Shown piece by piece: positions 19,149 through 29,566 of a stretch of 42,333 nt of DNA (positions within the stretch are counted from its first letter, which is position 1; every line of letters starts with the position of its first letter). Where the stretch lies: NCBI GenBank assembly GCA_964525635.1, contig CAZGJX010000025.1, forward strand, positions 1 through 42,333, read 5' to 3'. Source of the DNA: an uncultured archaeon (GTDB lineage: Archaea; Asgardarchaeota; Lokiarchaeia; Sigyniarchaeales; SOKP01). Position numbers and translations under genes: made by a program. Under the pieces are notes generated by a model. The model was not told where the DNA came from. It was given only the letters and a program-made list of their open reading frames with translations, and made no database searches.

Positions 19149-21275
19149 TTATAATAGATCAAATGCCGATTGAAATCCATTTTGGTTTTTCTTTTCTTTT
19201 TTAGATTTAAGTTGTACTTTTGACTTTTTATATACTTCAGGATTTAATTCCCAGATAAATCGGGACACCCGACAGGTTTGGAGCCCTCGATATGTTTGAA
19301 CAATAGCAGGAGAGATTAAATATAATTGATCTTTTGCTCGGGTGACAGCGACATAGAACACTCTTCTCTCTTCTTCAATCCCTTCAGGATCTCCGACCAC
19401 ACGACTAGAGGGGAACATGTCCTCAGCTAACATAGGAATAAAGACGACTCGCCATTCTAATCCTTTTGCACGATGTATAGTAGATATAACTAATGGTTTT
19501 TCTTGTTCTACATTGCTCCCTAATTGTGAAGTACGAGATCCTATATCTGATTGATTCAGACTTAATATTTCTAAAAGTTTCTGAATAGTGGAATAATTCT
19601 GAGCGTATACTGATAATTGTTTTAAATCATCTAGACGATCTTGCCAATTCTCATATGATGTCTTAATATGATCTTTTAAAACCTTAATTAAGTCTAAGAT
19701 TATATCAGAAGGATTATCTTTTGCTGTAATTCCTTTTATTTGCTGTATATATGTTTTTAAGTGTCTCTTACCTATCGATGGAATCCGAGAGCCTTTCATA
19801 ATATTAGAAAAGAAATTTGGAGTGAGCAAAAAATCAATTGGATTTTCTTTAGTAGATATAGTAGAAAAAATTTTTGTAGCTGATGTAGTTCCGATTCCTG
19901 GAATGATTTTAAAAATTCGCATCCATGCTAGCTCATCATAAGGATTTTCAATAATCCGTAAATGAGCAATTAAGTCCTTAATATGTGCCTTTTCAAAAAA
20001 GGCTACCCCCGCCCTTACCTCATAAGGAATATTTTTTTTTCCTAATTCTAATTCTATTCGCATAGTATGGAAGGTGGCTCGTACTAAAATAGCCATTTGT
20101 TCTAGCTCAAATCCATCCTCTCGAAGTCTTAAGACTTGTTTGGCAATAAATCTTGCTTGTGCTTTATGATCTTTTATATTAACTTGAAAAGGTGTAAGGC
20201 CTTCTGGACGAGTTGGCTGCATATCTTTTTTAAATTGGTTTTTATTATGTTGTATGGAATCATTGGCAAGAGTAAGGATTTCTGGAATTGACCTATAATT
20301 ATAAGTTATATTATAGACTCTACAATCATCATATTTTTTCTTGAAATTCATGATGTTTTGAAAGTTTGCCCCTCTAAACGCATATATACTTTGAGCATCA
20401 TCTCCAACTGCGATTATATTACGCTGCGGATTTTGTGATACAACTTTATATACAATATCATCTTGAAGCCAATTTGTATCTTGATATTCATCTACCAAAA
20501 TATATCGAATCCTTTTAGCAATAAGCTTAGCAACTATTCTTTCATCTAATAAAGCACTCCAATATATAAGTAAATCATCAAAATCTATTAATCCATCCTG
20601 AGCTTTTTTCTTTTCATAAATCTTAAAGATTTGTTTCATCTTCGCGATTACTTTCTCATTATTAAAATCTTCATATTTCCAAAGAATTACATCATGAATG
20701 GATTTGTTACAATTAATAGAATAAGAAAGAATGGATTTACAAATTTTTGCCTTTGGAAATCGTTCTTCAATTTCTTTTAAATTAGATTTTTCTCTTGCTA
20801 ATCTCATTAGTGAGACTGCATCAGTTTCATCCATTATAGTGTAATTAGATCTTAATCCCGCTGTTTTTGCATATTTTCGCAAGAATCTATTTGCAATAGA
20901 ATGAAAGGTCCCTGCCCAAATTCCTTTAGGTTTCTTTCCTAATAACGACTCCACACGCTCAATCATTTCTTTAGAAGCTTTATTGGTAAAGGTCACTAAC
21001 ATAATTTCACTTGGTCTTACGCCTAGTGATAAAAGTTTAGCAACTGCATAGGTTATAGTTCTGGTCTTTCCTGATCCTGCTCCTGCAATTATCAACATTG
21101 GACCCTGTATATTATTAATGATCTCAAATTGTTCTGGATTTAAATTTTCTTCAAAATTAACCTCATTATAGTCATTATCTAATTTTGAAGGTTCTAAATC
21201 CAAATCTTCAAAAAGATCATCCTCATAAAACTCAAATGTATATTCTTCCTCTACTTTTTCTTTTTTAGACGACAT
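19149..21275 (-). CDS. uvrD: UvrD/PcrA/Rep-family SF1A DNA helicase
   Basis: LNPEQ, AGAGSGKT, VTFTNKA, VDEYQD, VGDDAQSIYAFRGA, NYRS, STIHRAKGLEW, EERRVFYVAVTRAK. Confidence 0.95.
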   Translation of the reverse strand: MSSKKEKVEEEYTFEFYEDDLFEDLDLEPSKLDNDYNEVNFEENLNPEQFEIINNIQGPMLIIAGAGSGKTRTITYAVAKLLSLGVRPSEIMLVTFTNKASKEMIERVESLLGKKPKGIWAGTFHSIANRFLRKYAKTAGLRSNYTIMDETDAVSLMRLAREKSNLKEIEERFPKAKICKSILSYSINCNKSIHDVILWKYEDFNNEKVIAKMKQIFKIYEKKKAQDGLIDFDDLLIYWSALLDERIVAKLIAKRIRYILVDEYQDTNWLQDDIVYKVVSQNPQRNIIAVGDDAQSIYAFRGANFQNIMNFKKKYDDCRVYNITYNYRSIPEILTLANDSIQHNKNQFKKDMQPTRPEGLTPFQVNIKDHKAQARFIAKQVLRLREDGFELEQMAILVRATFHTMRIELELGKKNIPYEVRAGVAFFEKAHIKDLIAHLRIIENPYDELAWMRIFKIIPGIGTTSATKIFSTISTKENPIDFLLTPNFFSNIMKGSRIPSIGKRHLKTYIQQIKGITAKDNPSDIILDLIKVLKDHIKTSYENWQDRLDDLKQLSVYAQNYSTIQKLLEILSLNQSDIGSRTSQLGSNVEQEKPLVISTIHRAKGLEWRVVFIPMLAEDMFPSSRVVGDPEGIEEERRVFYVAVTRAKDQLYLISPAIVQTYRGLQTCRVSRFIWELNPEVYKKSKVQLKSKKEKKNQNGFQSAFDLL

Positions 21276-21326
21276 TTACTATAATTTAAAATAATTTTAT
21301 TTTCATATGTGTAATTTTATTGGTTA

Positions 21327-21334
21327 TATATAAA
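21327..21334 (-). promoter_or_regulatory. Candidate TATA box for uvrD
   Basis: TTTATATA on the minus strand, about 50 nt upstream of the ATG, in the 158-bp OLD-uvrD gap. The AT-rich background limits specificity. Confidence 0.3.
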
Positions 21335-21433
21335 TATAAGATATGTTCTAAAATGATCGAGTTAATTTGATACACCTTTTTTTAATATAGGTTAAAATAA
21401 TTTTATATTATTAAATGTAAGATTTGACAATAG

Positions 21434-23347
21434 TTATGAATCGCAAATTATCTTTTCTTCTTTAATTTGCCTTCTTCTCGATGAAATAGTAAAATCTAAA
21501 ATAAATTGAATAATTTTTTTTATATTGCTTGGAATTGTATTTATCTTTAATTTATTTAGATATTTAAACGCTTTATATGGTTTATAACGCTTATTTGGAG
21601 ATATTCCAATAAGAACCTCAAAATTCGGATCAATAGTTATTAATCCGATTTTATTAGGAAAATTTCTAATATAATTTTTAATTCTTTCATTTTCTTTAAA
21701 ATTCTTCTTTTTTCGCTTAATTTTCTCAATTCTATCTTCTGAAAGTCCACCCTCTCTCAGTTCCTCAATATCTTTTGATTCCTCTTCCGTTAAAGGGTCT
21801 ACATCATGAATTAAAACAATAGGTCTATCAAAATGTGATAATATTTTTAAAAAATATATTAAATTATATTTTCCACCACATTCAATAACAGAAATATTAG
21901 ATGTATTTAAATTGTTATCCAATAAATCAGAGATACCATTAAGTATAATTTTTTCAACATCTCCTTCAATTAAGATAATTTTTTTTGCAAAAAACATTTC
22001 ATTTCTTTCTGGATTAAATCTCATTAACATATTAAATTCCTCTTTAGATTCTAGTTCAAAGATTTCACTCTGAATCCTTTTAATTTTTGTTCCAATATCA
22101 AGATTATTCTTACTTACTAAAATTAAGCTTAGATAATTCTCAATACTTATAAAGTGAGTGGAATGGGTTGTGTAAAGTACCTGATCATATGTAGAGATTG
22201 TATAAAGTATATTTAATAACTCCTTTTGAGCTTGGGGATGTAGATATAATTCTGGCTCTTCAATTAAAAATATAAATGGGCGATAAGTAGAATTATTTTG
22301 ATTTTCTTGTTTTGCTCTTAAATACCTAGAGTAAGTAAGAAATAAAGCAAAAATTAGAGATCTTTTAATTCCATCACCTTTTTCTTCTATTGAACTATTA
22401 ATTCCATCATCGATAAAAATCTCTGAATTAGAAAAAAAATCGCTAAATTTTGGAGTTAAAAATTTAATCTCAAGATTTTTAGTCAATATATTCTTATTTA
22501 AGTTTTCCTTTAATTTTAATTCTATATCTTTTATAATTTGAAATCTATTATCATTAGAATCTTCTATTTTATTTATCTTTTGCTTAATTTCATCTAAACT
22601 ATTCTGAAAGTCTTCTATGGATGTTTCTTTTTGCTTAATCTCTTCTAAAATAATTTTTTCTAATATTTTCTTATATATAGATTTACTTTTAATAGTAGTC
22701 TTCATTTCTTCAGATAAATGTTTAGTAGCTTCAATATACAAAAGTTCAGGTAATATTGAGACAACTTCTTTCCATTGAAATGGAGATTTACACCATATTT
22801 TTCTCATATCTATATTAGTCTCATTTTCTAAAAAATCGTGAATTCCTACTTTAAAACTAGTTTTAGTTAATTTTCCTTTTTCGTTATAAAAATAATTTTG
22901 ATGATTATTTTCCTCAATCCAGTTCTCTATTTCTGATTTATTTTCGTTCCAAGTGGATAGATATTCCTCTGAAAAATAGCAAAGATCTGGATATTCTTGT
23001 AAAATCTCAAAAGAAGTAGTAGTACGCTCAGTCTCTTCATTTATTGAAAAAACTTTTTTAAGTTTGATTTTATCATTGATAATATATCTTTCAAAAAAAT
23101 CTCTTTCTGAGTGATTTAATTCTTCAAATGTTATGGTGATAATAATATTTTTATTTAATTTTTCTTTAAAAAAATCTGATTTACTTAATCCAACAATACT
23201 TTTACTAAAAAACAATCTTAAAGCAAGCAATAAATTGGTTTTTCCTGAATTATTTTCTCCAATTAATTGTAAGAAATTATTTTTAATTTCAATTTTCTCT
23301 TTCTTAATGGAGCGAAAATTTTCAACTTTATATTTTTTTATTATCAT
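21434..23347 (-). CDS. OLD-family ATP-dependent nuclease (ABC ATPase + TOPRIM; GajA-like)
   Basis: NFRSI, GENNSGKTN, GDGIKR, IEEPELYLHP, YTTHS; TOPRIM FFA..IILIEGDVE and IHDVD. Confidence 0.92.
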   Translation of the reverse strand: MIIKKYKVENFRSIKKEKIEIKNNFLQLIGENNSGKTNLLLALRLFFSKSIVGLSKSDFFKEKLNKNIIITITFEELNHSERDFFERYIINDKIKLKKVFSINEETERTTTSFEILQEYPDLCYFSEEYLSTWNENKSEIENWIEENNHQNYFYNEKGKLTKTSFKVGIHDFLENETNIDMRKIWCKSPFQWKEVVSILPELLYIEATKHLSEEMKTTIKSKSIYKKILEKIILEEIKQKETSIEDFQNSLDEIKQKINKIEDSNDNRFQIIKDIELKLKENLNKNILTKNLEIKFLTPKFSDFFSNSEIFIDDGINSSIEEKGDGIKRSLIFALFLTYSRYLRAKQENQNNSTYRPFIFLIEEPELYLHPQAQKELLNILYTISTYDQVLYTTHSTHFISIENYLSLILVSKNNLDIGTKIKRIQSEIFELESKEEFNMLMRFNPERNEMFFAKKIILIEGDVEKIILNGISDLLDNNLNTSNISVIECGGKYNLIYFLKILSHFDRPIVLIHDVDPLTEEESKDIEELREGGLSEDRIEKIKRKKKNFKENERIKNYIRNFPNKIGLITIDPNFEVLIGISPNKRYKPYKAFKYLNKLKINTIPSNIKKIIQFILDFTISSRRRQIKEEKIICDS

Positions 23348-23378
23348 ATTTCCTATAACCTCATGTTAATTTTCTTTT

Positions 23379-25457
23379 TTAACTTTCTTTGGTGATTTTT
23401 GTGATATGATTTGTCTTTCTGAAATTAAATATATCTGTTACAAAAGAATCTAAAGCTCTATCATGAGAAATTACAATTATTTGCTCAGTATTTAAAGAAT
23501 CAAATAAATATTGCATTTTATTGATTTGCTGTTCACTAAATCCGTCCGTCGGCTCATCCAGTATTAAAATATCTTTGGTTTTAACCTCTTGATATCGTTC
23601 ATTAATGATTCGATTAAGAGCTAAACGATAAGCTAAAGCAAGAGCACTTTTTTCTCCTCCAGACATATCTCCAAATGGTGATTCATAACCATCTACATAA
23701 ATAATTGGCTCAAAATCATCTGGTCTGATCTCAACCTCAATGTTATTCTCCTCTACCAATAGATAGAACCATTTTTTAAAATAATCATTAAATTGAACTG
23801 CACTTGAGGATACTATTTCTCGTTCAATATCTCCAAGCAATACTGGAAAATTTTCGTTAATCCATCCTTTTAAACTCGATAACTTATCCATTTTCTCCTG
23901 CAACAATTTTTTATATTCTAAATGTTTTTTCAATACTTCTAATTCATTTTTGATATATTCAAGAGATTTTTTTTCTACACTTACCTTTGCATTAAGATCA
24001 CTTTCTTCCTTCTGTAGACCTTCTAATGCCTTTCTTAATTCTTTAATTTTTTCTTTTTTATCTATGGTTAATTTACTAAAACTTTCTAAATCTTTAATTT
24101 TATATTTCTCTAAGACCTTTTTAATCTCTTTTTGATAATTTTCTATGTTTTGCTCAAAATTCGCAATTTCATCAAGTAACCCTTTTTCCATTTTTTTTGC
24201 TAGTTCAATCAATTTCTCATAAGATTCTCGGCTTGCTCTCGTTTCAGAATATTGTTTTGAGAGTTTCAAATTATTTTCTAATAAATCAATCTCTTTGTTA
24301 AATTCTTCAATTTGATTTGATAAAGAATCTATTGATTCCTGAGTTTCTTTTAATTCTTTATTGAAACGCTCTTGCTCATGGATTGTCTGTCCACATAGAG
24401 AGCATCTTCCTTCTCTTAATAATTTATTAATATCTGAGATCGATTTTTCAAGAATAGCTCTTTGTTTTTCTTTTTCAATTCTTTTATTTTTAATATCGTC
24501 TATTTTTTTAGAGAGCTCATCTTGAGATTCTGTAAAATTTAATTTTATCTCAGGTATTTTATTTAATTCTTCTTTGAATTTTATTATGCTATTTTGATTA
24601 GTTGAGACTTTATTTTCATTTTTTTCTTTATTATCTTTTTCTTGCTGAAGGAGGCTTTCTTTTTTGTCAATTTCTCTTATTTTTTGTTCTAATTCCTCGG
24701 ATTCTCCTTCTAAATTATTAATACTTTTTTTCTGCTCAGTTACTTCTTTGGACTTTTTTTCCAATTGTGTGTTAAATTTAGAAAGTTTTTTTTCTTGAAC
24801 TTTATATTCCATTTCCTTATTTTGTATTTCAGATTCAATATTGCTATAGTCTTTTAATTTACTATCCACTTCTTTGAATTTCTCTCTTAGGTATGATCCT
24901 ATAGTTTCAATATTAGCTTTAGCGATTTCATATTTCTCTATTCCAAATATGTATTTCAAGATTTCGAATCGATCCTCTGGTTTTGCTTCTAAGATTTCTT
25001 TTATATTCTCTTGGGGAGTATATACAGTATATCGAAATATAGGGATTTTTTGAGCGCGTTCGTATCTAGCTACGGAATAATTTAAAATTTCTAGAATTTT
25101 TCTTTTTAAATCTGTGGTTGCATAAGTAGTCATCTCTCCGTTTATAGTGAGAATTCCACTTTTCTGTGAAATACTCCCTTTTTTGGACTTTGATAACATT
25201 CTTTTTATTATATATTCGTTTCCATCAATACTAAATTCTAATTCAACGGTAGCTTTGTTTTCTCCCCTTCTCAGGATAGAATCTGCTTTAAGATCAGCAG
25301 CAGTTAGAGCTCCAAATAGTGCAAATTCAATGGCTTTCAGGACAGAAGATTTTCCGCTTCCGATATCCCCATAAAAAAGAATAATAGAGGGAGGTAAATC
25401 AATTTCTTCTTTTTTAATACTTCGAATATTTTCAATTTTAATTCTTTTTAATTGCAT
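23379..25457 (-). CDS. rad50: Rad50/SbcC ATPase (short coiled coil)
   Basis: GDIGSGKSS, Q-loop YTPQ, coiled coil with central zinc hook CSLC, MSGGE, ILDEPT, ISHD. Confidence 0.93.
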   Translation of the reverse strand: MQLKRIKIENIRSIKKEEIDLPPSIILFYGDIGSGKSSVLKAIEFALFGALTAADLKADSILRRGENKATVELEFSIDGNEYIIKRMLSKSKKGSISQKSGILTINGEMTTYATTDLKRKILEILNYSVARYERAQKIPIFRYTVYTPQENIKEILEAKPEDRFEILKYIFGIEKYEIAKANIETIGSYLREKFKEVDSKLKDYSNIESEIQNKEMEYKVQEKKLSKFNTQLEKKSKEVTEQKKSINNLEGESEELEQKIREIDKKESLLQQEKDNKEKNENKVSTNQNSIIKFKEELNKIPEIKLNFTESQDELSKKIDDIKNKRIEKEKQRAILEKSISDINKLLREGRCSLCGQTIHEQERFNKELKETQESIDSLSNQIEEFNKEIDLLENNLKLSKQYSETRASRESYEKLIELAKKMEKGLLDEIANFEQNIENYQKEIKKVLEKYKIKDLESFSKLTIDKKEKIKELRKALEGLQKEESDLNAKVSVEKKSLEYIKNELEVLKKHLEYKKLLQEKMDKLSSLKGWINENFPVLLGDIEREIVSSSAVQFNDYFKKWFYLLVEENNIEVEIRPDDFEPIIYVDGYESPFGDMSGGEKSALALAYRLALNRIINERYQEVKTKDILILDEPTDGFSEQQINKMQYLFDSLNTEQIIVISHDRALDSFVTDIFNFRKTNHITKITKES

Positions 25458-25459
25458 GA

Positions 25460-26737
25460 TTAATCCTCCAAATCTTCTAATTCAAATACATTATTAAACG
25501 ATTCTATTAAATGAGCTTTATAATCTTTAACATTACTACCTTCTTCTCTTTCCTTTCCTATAATATCTATTAACCTATGAATATTATCTTCAAGCTGTTT
25601 TTTTGAATATCCAATTAATTCCGTTATTTGAGAGTGTTCATGAATCAATGTTTTTTCAATCTCTTCGTTAGTTTTTCCTAAAGCAACTCTAATAGACGAA
25701 TATCCTTTTGTAAAGACTCCACATTTATTAATTAGTATCTCGTAAGCATTTTTTTCTTTAAATTTATTTTCTATTTCAGCGGAATTAATTTCATACGCTT
25801 TTCCTGAGGAGAGAGTTCCAGCTATTCTTAAGGTAGCAATTTTATCTTCTAGTTCATTCTTATCTATTAGATTTGTTAACTCATTTAATATCTCCAGTAC
25901 AGATTTGTTATTACAATTTATCTTTAAATTAATAACATCTTTAACTCTAACTGGAATAAATCTAACTTCTAGATGATTATTTATATCTCCTTGAACCATG
26001 CAAAATCCCCCATGGTTAAACTTTTCTAATTCTCGAAAGTCTGTAGGAAAGAGGCATCCTGGATAAACAATATTATTTTTATCATTAATAATAATACGTC
26101 CATTTTCTCGTAAAGATTCTGGTACTGTTTTATGGAGATGTCCACCAGCATAGTAATTAAAATGCTTTGGTAGATACGATTTAGGAGCAGATTCCATTTC
26201 AGCATACTCTGAGGGTTTTAATTCTTGGAGCATTGTGTGAAATACAAATATTTTAGCTCCTTCTTCTTGTTCTAATGGTTCATATGCTAATCTTTGGAAA
26301 TCTTCAACTTCAAGAGCTCTTTTTCTTGCTCTCATTCCAGTTAATTTGATCTTTGATTTTGGATCTTCGGTAAATTCTAAATAAATTTTGTTATCTTCTC
26401 CTATAGATCCTTTATATAAATCTGTATAGAATCCCGCACTAATTAATGGGCGAATCATAGTCTTCTCAGACGGAGAAAAATCGTGAGATCCCATAATAGC
26501 ATATACGGGAATATTATTATCGCTCAATTCTCTTAATTTCTTAATTGCTAAATCAACAACATCTACTTTTGGATTTGATGTATCGTATAAATCTCCACTA
26601 ATGATCACAAAATCCACTTTTTCTTCAATGCAAATGTCTATCGCTTTTTCAAAGGCTTCATACCCACATATATTAAGATTCTCCCTTCTCCAAGCACCCA
26701 AATGTACATCCGACATATGAGCAAATTTTACATTCAT
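25460..26737 (-). CDS. mre11: Mre11/SbcD nuclease
   Basis: Metallophosphoesterase motifs HMSDVHLG, SGDLYD, GSHD, FH, GGHLH and YPG; lies 2 bp from rad50. Confidence 0.93.
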   Translation of the reverse strand: MNVKFAHMSDVHLGAWRRENLNICGYEAFEKAIDICIEEKVDFVIISGDLYDTSNPKVDVVDLAIKKLRELSDNNIPVYAIMGSHDFSPSEKTMIRPLISAGFYTDLYKGSIGEDNKIYLEFTEDPKSKIKLTGMRARKRALEVEDFQRLAYEPLEQEEGAKIFVFHTMLQELKPSEYAEMESAPKSYLPKHFNYYAGGHLHKTVPESLRENGRIIINDKNNIVYPGCLFPTDFRELEKFNHGGFCMVQGDINNHLEVRFIPVRVKDVINLKINCNNKSVLEILNELTNLIDKNELEDKIATLRIAGTLSSGKAYEINSAEIENKFKEKNAYEILINKCGVFTKGYSSIRVALGKTNEEIEKTLIHEHSQITELIGYSKKQLEDNIHRLIDIIGKEREEGSNVKDYKAHLIESFNNVFELEDLED

Positions 26738-26766
26738 TTTTTAAATACCTCTTTTTTATTAATATT

Positions 26767-28323
26767 TTATTCAAGACCAGGTGATCTTTTTCTTGTAGAT
26801 GGTTGAGATTTGTCCTTTTCTGCAAGATATTTGACAAGATCACTAAATAAGGGAATTTTAATAGGAATTGCAAACTTGGTAAAATTGGAAGTTATAATTG
26901 CTTCTCCTTTATCTAAGCTTGCAATAGTTTGTGAATCATCTGAAAGATCTTGAGCAGCACTGTCAATTAAAGCTCTTCTTTCAGGACCCATTTCATTCCC
27001 TAGAATTATCTTAGTATTCATGTTAGCCAAAATATCTCTGGGAATTTCACTTGGTAATTGAGTAATTGCTATTAATCCAATTTGGAACTTTCTTCCTTCT
27101 CTTGCTATTGTTCCAAAGATATTATTGCGAGCCTCTAACACTCGTTTTCCAATAACTCTTGGAGCTTCTTCTAAGACAATAGAAATGACAGGTTTATTTT
27201 TTAACTCGTCTTTAAATTTATAATTTTTATATTTTGAAAAAATTCTTTCGGTAATAAGAGTCGCTACAAATATTTCTTCATTTCCAGTAAACAATGACGT
27301 GTCAATTATTACGGTTTTTCCTTCTTCTAAAGAATTTATTATATTATTTATTGTACTCTCATGTCCATTAAATTGGTAGATACCATTCGCATTAACCTTA
27401 TCATCTTCATGCTCTAAATCGAGTAAGATAGATAATTTTCTCTTTAAAACTCCTACAGTGTTTTCTGTAACTCCTGGTGTGGATGGACCAATAAATATAT
27501 TTTTTATCCAATTTTTATATTCATTTACTTTATCTTGCCGATGGTATAGAATTAGCGCGTCCTTTTGGGCATTTGAAAGAGATAGTGTATCTATAAAATT
27601 ATACGGAGAGAGTAACTTCATATTGAATTTTAAATCCAATTTGCCATGGACTTCTCTTATAGTGTAGTATTCAAGATATTCCTCTTTTTTAGGATGTTTT
27701 TTAAGACTTTCATAATATTCATTATGAGGATCAAAGACTAATTTACCACATTTTTCATTTTCTATAATATTATAGAGAATCACTTTGACTAAATTTGATT
27801 TTCCTCTTCCTGTAGTAGCAGGAATCAAAACATGATGTTTAAATACTTCTAAAGCTTCTAAGTTAATTTCAGTCTTTAATTCTTTAGATCCTGAGCGGAC
27901 AGTTCCCAACATAATCGGATTATCAATTTGATCTTCTTTTAGAAATGATAAATGATCATCTTCTAATTCATATACATCACTGAAAAATTCCGGTAGTTTT
28001 TTTGGTAAAAATAGTTGATCATTTTTCAAATGAATGAGCGGTCTTGCAAGAGCAAGTACGTAATTTCTTAACTCTGGTTCGTAAATAGCAAGATTACTCG
28101 ATTCTCGTTCTAATTTATACCCTGCCATTAATTCTAATATATTATCGGGCATTTGGCTTCCAAACATTAAATCATTAATTTGGAAAATAATATAGTCTTT
28201 AGGATTCTTTCCAGCAACAATTAATTGCCCAATTTCAAATGATTCCTCTGATTTCTGACGTAGGTATAATTTTACAAATGAACCTGTTATAAAACTGCCT
28301 ATTTTTTTTCCTAATTTTGACAT
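26767..28323 (-). CDS. herA: HerA DNA translocase/helicase
   Basis: N-terminal barrel-like region, [50 protein letters not shown]. Confidence 0.93.
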   Translation of the reverse strand: MSKLGKKIGSFITGSFVKLYLRQKSEESFEIGQLIVAGKNPKDYIIFQINDLMFGSQMPDNILELMAGYKLERESSNLAIYEPELRNYVLALARPLIHLKNDQLFLPKKLPEFFSDVYELEDDHLSFLKEDQIDNPIMLGTVRSGSKELKTEINLEALEVFKHHVLIPATTGRGKSNLVKVILYNIIENEKCGKLVFDPHNEYYESLKKHPKKEEYLEYYTIREVHGKLDLKFNMKLLSPYNFIDTLSLSNAQKDALILYHRQDKVNEYKNWIKNIFIGPSTPGVTENTVGVLKRKLSILLDLEHEDDKVNANGIYQFNGHESTINNIINSLEEGKTVIIDTSLFTGNEEIFVATLITERIFSKYKNYKFKDELKNKPVISIVLEEAPRVIGKRVLEARNNIFGTIAREGRKFQIGLIAITQLPSEIPRDILANMNTKIILGNEMGPERRALIDSAAQDLSDDSQTIASLDKGEAIITSNFTKFAIPIKIPLFSDLVKYLAEKDKSQPSTRKRSPGLE

Positions 28324-28344
28324 TTTCTTATCACTTAATAGAAT

Positions 28345-29478
28345 TTAATTTTTTCTTATAGAATTTAAAATATTATGAGCCTCGATAGAGTATATCCGAG
28401 GCAAGAGATTATTAACATAAATAGTCTGATCAATTTCAGAGATAATCTCAATCTTCCATGGTTCTATTTCTCTTTTTGAGACTCTTGATAATTGATCTAC
28501 TTTGATTAATCCATAAGGATATCCTGGAAATGTGATATCATTTGAATTTAACGCTAAATTTGAGATGATAACCTCTTTTTCTTCAGTATCTATCTCTTTT
28601 GATTGTTTTAAATAAATATCAAACCTGAAAGGCATTAAAGCATGTTCATGTAATTTTACAAAATACACATCTGCCATACCATCTGCTCTTGTGATTTGAT
28701 AAATAGGATGATAATACCACTTTTTATTTTTATATTTATTTGAAGCTATTGAATGAATTAATGATATTAATGAATCACCATTTTTGGTAAGCAGGCGACA
28801 GGACTTCGAAAGCCCAGTAACATATACATGTTTTTTTTCAGCTTGTTTCTCTAATTTTCGAACTAATTTAATTTCATCTTTAAATCCTGTTTGAAGAGAG
28901 CCATCCCTTACAAAAATATCACCTTGATCTAAGGTTGCCTCTATAAATTGAGTAGCATAAGTCCATTCAGAAAAACGCATTCCAACACCTCCAAAATTCT
29001 CAATTCTTGGCATAAATCTAATTCCATATATAGAACGCGCCTCATCAAGAGTTATCGTTATTTTTTCTTTAGGTAAGTAATTCCAAAACTCATCTTCTCT
29101 TGGGAATAATTGAATTGAATATATAAGTCTATCATCCTCAGTTGGTTCCAATACAGTAACAGAATAAAATTCAATAACTTGAGGGACTGTAGAAAATTCG
29201 CTTATTTTATTATTTTTACATAAGACTCCCGCTATTCGCGTGAGATTTATATTAAAATCCGCACTTGATAAGATTGAGATTGAACCTCCATCAACGAATC
29301 CTAAATTTCTAAATTTTGCCTTATCTGGAATTTGAAATATTCTCTCTTTAGAAATATCATAAATTATCTCTCCATCTCCTTCTGAATAAGGTTTATCTGT
29401 TTTGGCAAATCCTTTTTTTGCGTTAATAACATAATCAATGCACTTTCTCAATGCTTTAATTGAGGTATTTTCTCTCAA
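28345..29478 (-). CDS. nurA: NurA 5'-3' nuclease
   Basis: GFVDGG, FVRDGSL, GLSK and GYPYGL..VD motifs; TTG start with AAGGGA RBS; 21 bp upstream of herA. Confidence 0.88.
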   Translation of the reverse strand: MRENTSIKALRKCIDYVINAKKGFAKTDKPYSEGDGEIIYDISKERIFQIPDKAKFRNLGFVDGGSISILSSADFNINLTRIAGVLCKNNKISEFSTVPQVIEFYSVTVLEPTEDDRLIYSIQLFPREDEFWNYLPKEKITITLDEARSIYGIRFMPRIENFGGVGMRFSEWTYATQFIEATLDQGDIFVRDGSLQTGFKDEIKLVRKLEKQAEKKHVYVTGLSKSCRLLTKNGDSLISLIHSIASNKYKNKKWYYHPIYQITRADGMADVYFVKLHEHALMPFRFDIYLKQSKEIDTEEKEVIISNLALNSNDITFPGYPYGLIKVDQLSRVSKREIEPWKIEIISEIDQTIYVNNLLPRIYSIEAHNILNSIRKN

Positions 29479-29566
29479 TATAATCCCTTTTTTACTGTCT
29501 TTATATCCTTATTATTAAATTTTTTATTTTTAAAGCTTTATATTTTCTAAGTATTTTTTTTGAATT

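Noticed and set aside
23133-27667. Short ORFs 23133-23369, 23950-24135, 25147-25374, 26673-26873 and 27458-27667
   Set aside because: Antisense or out-of-frame overlaps of OLD, rad50, mre11 and herA.
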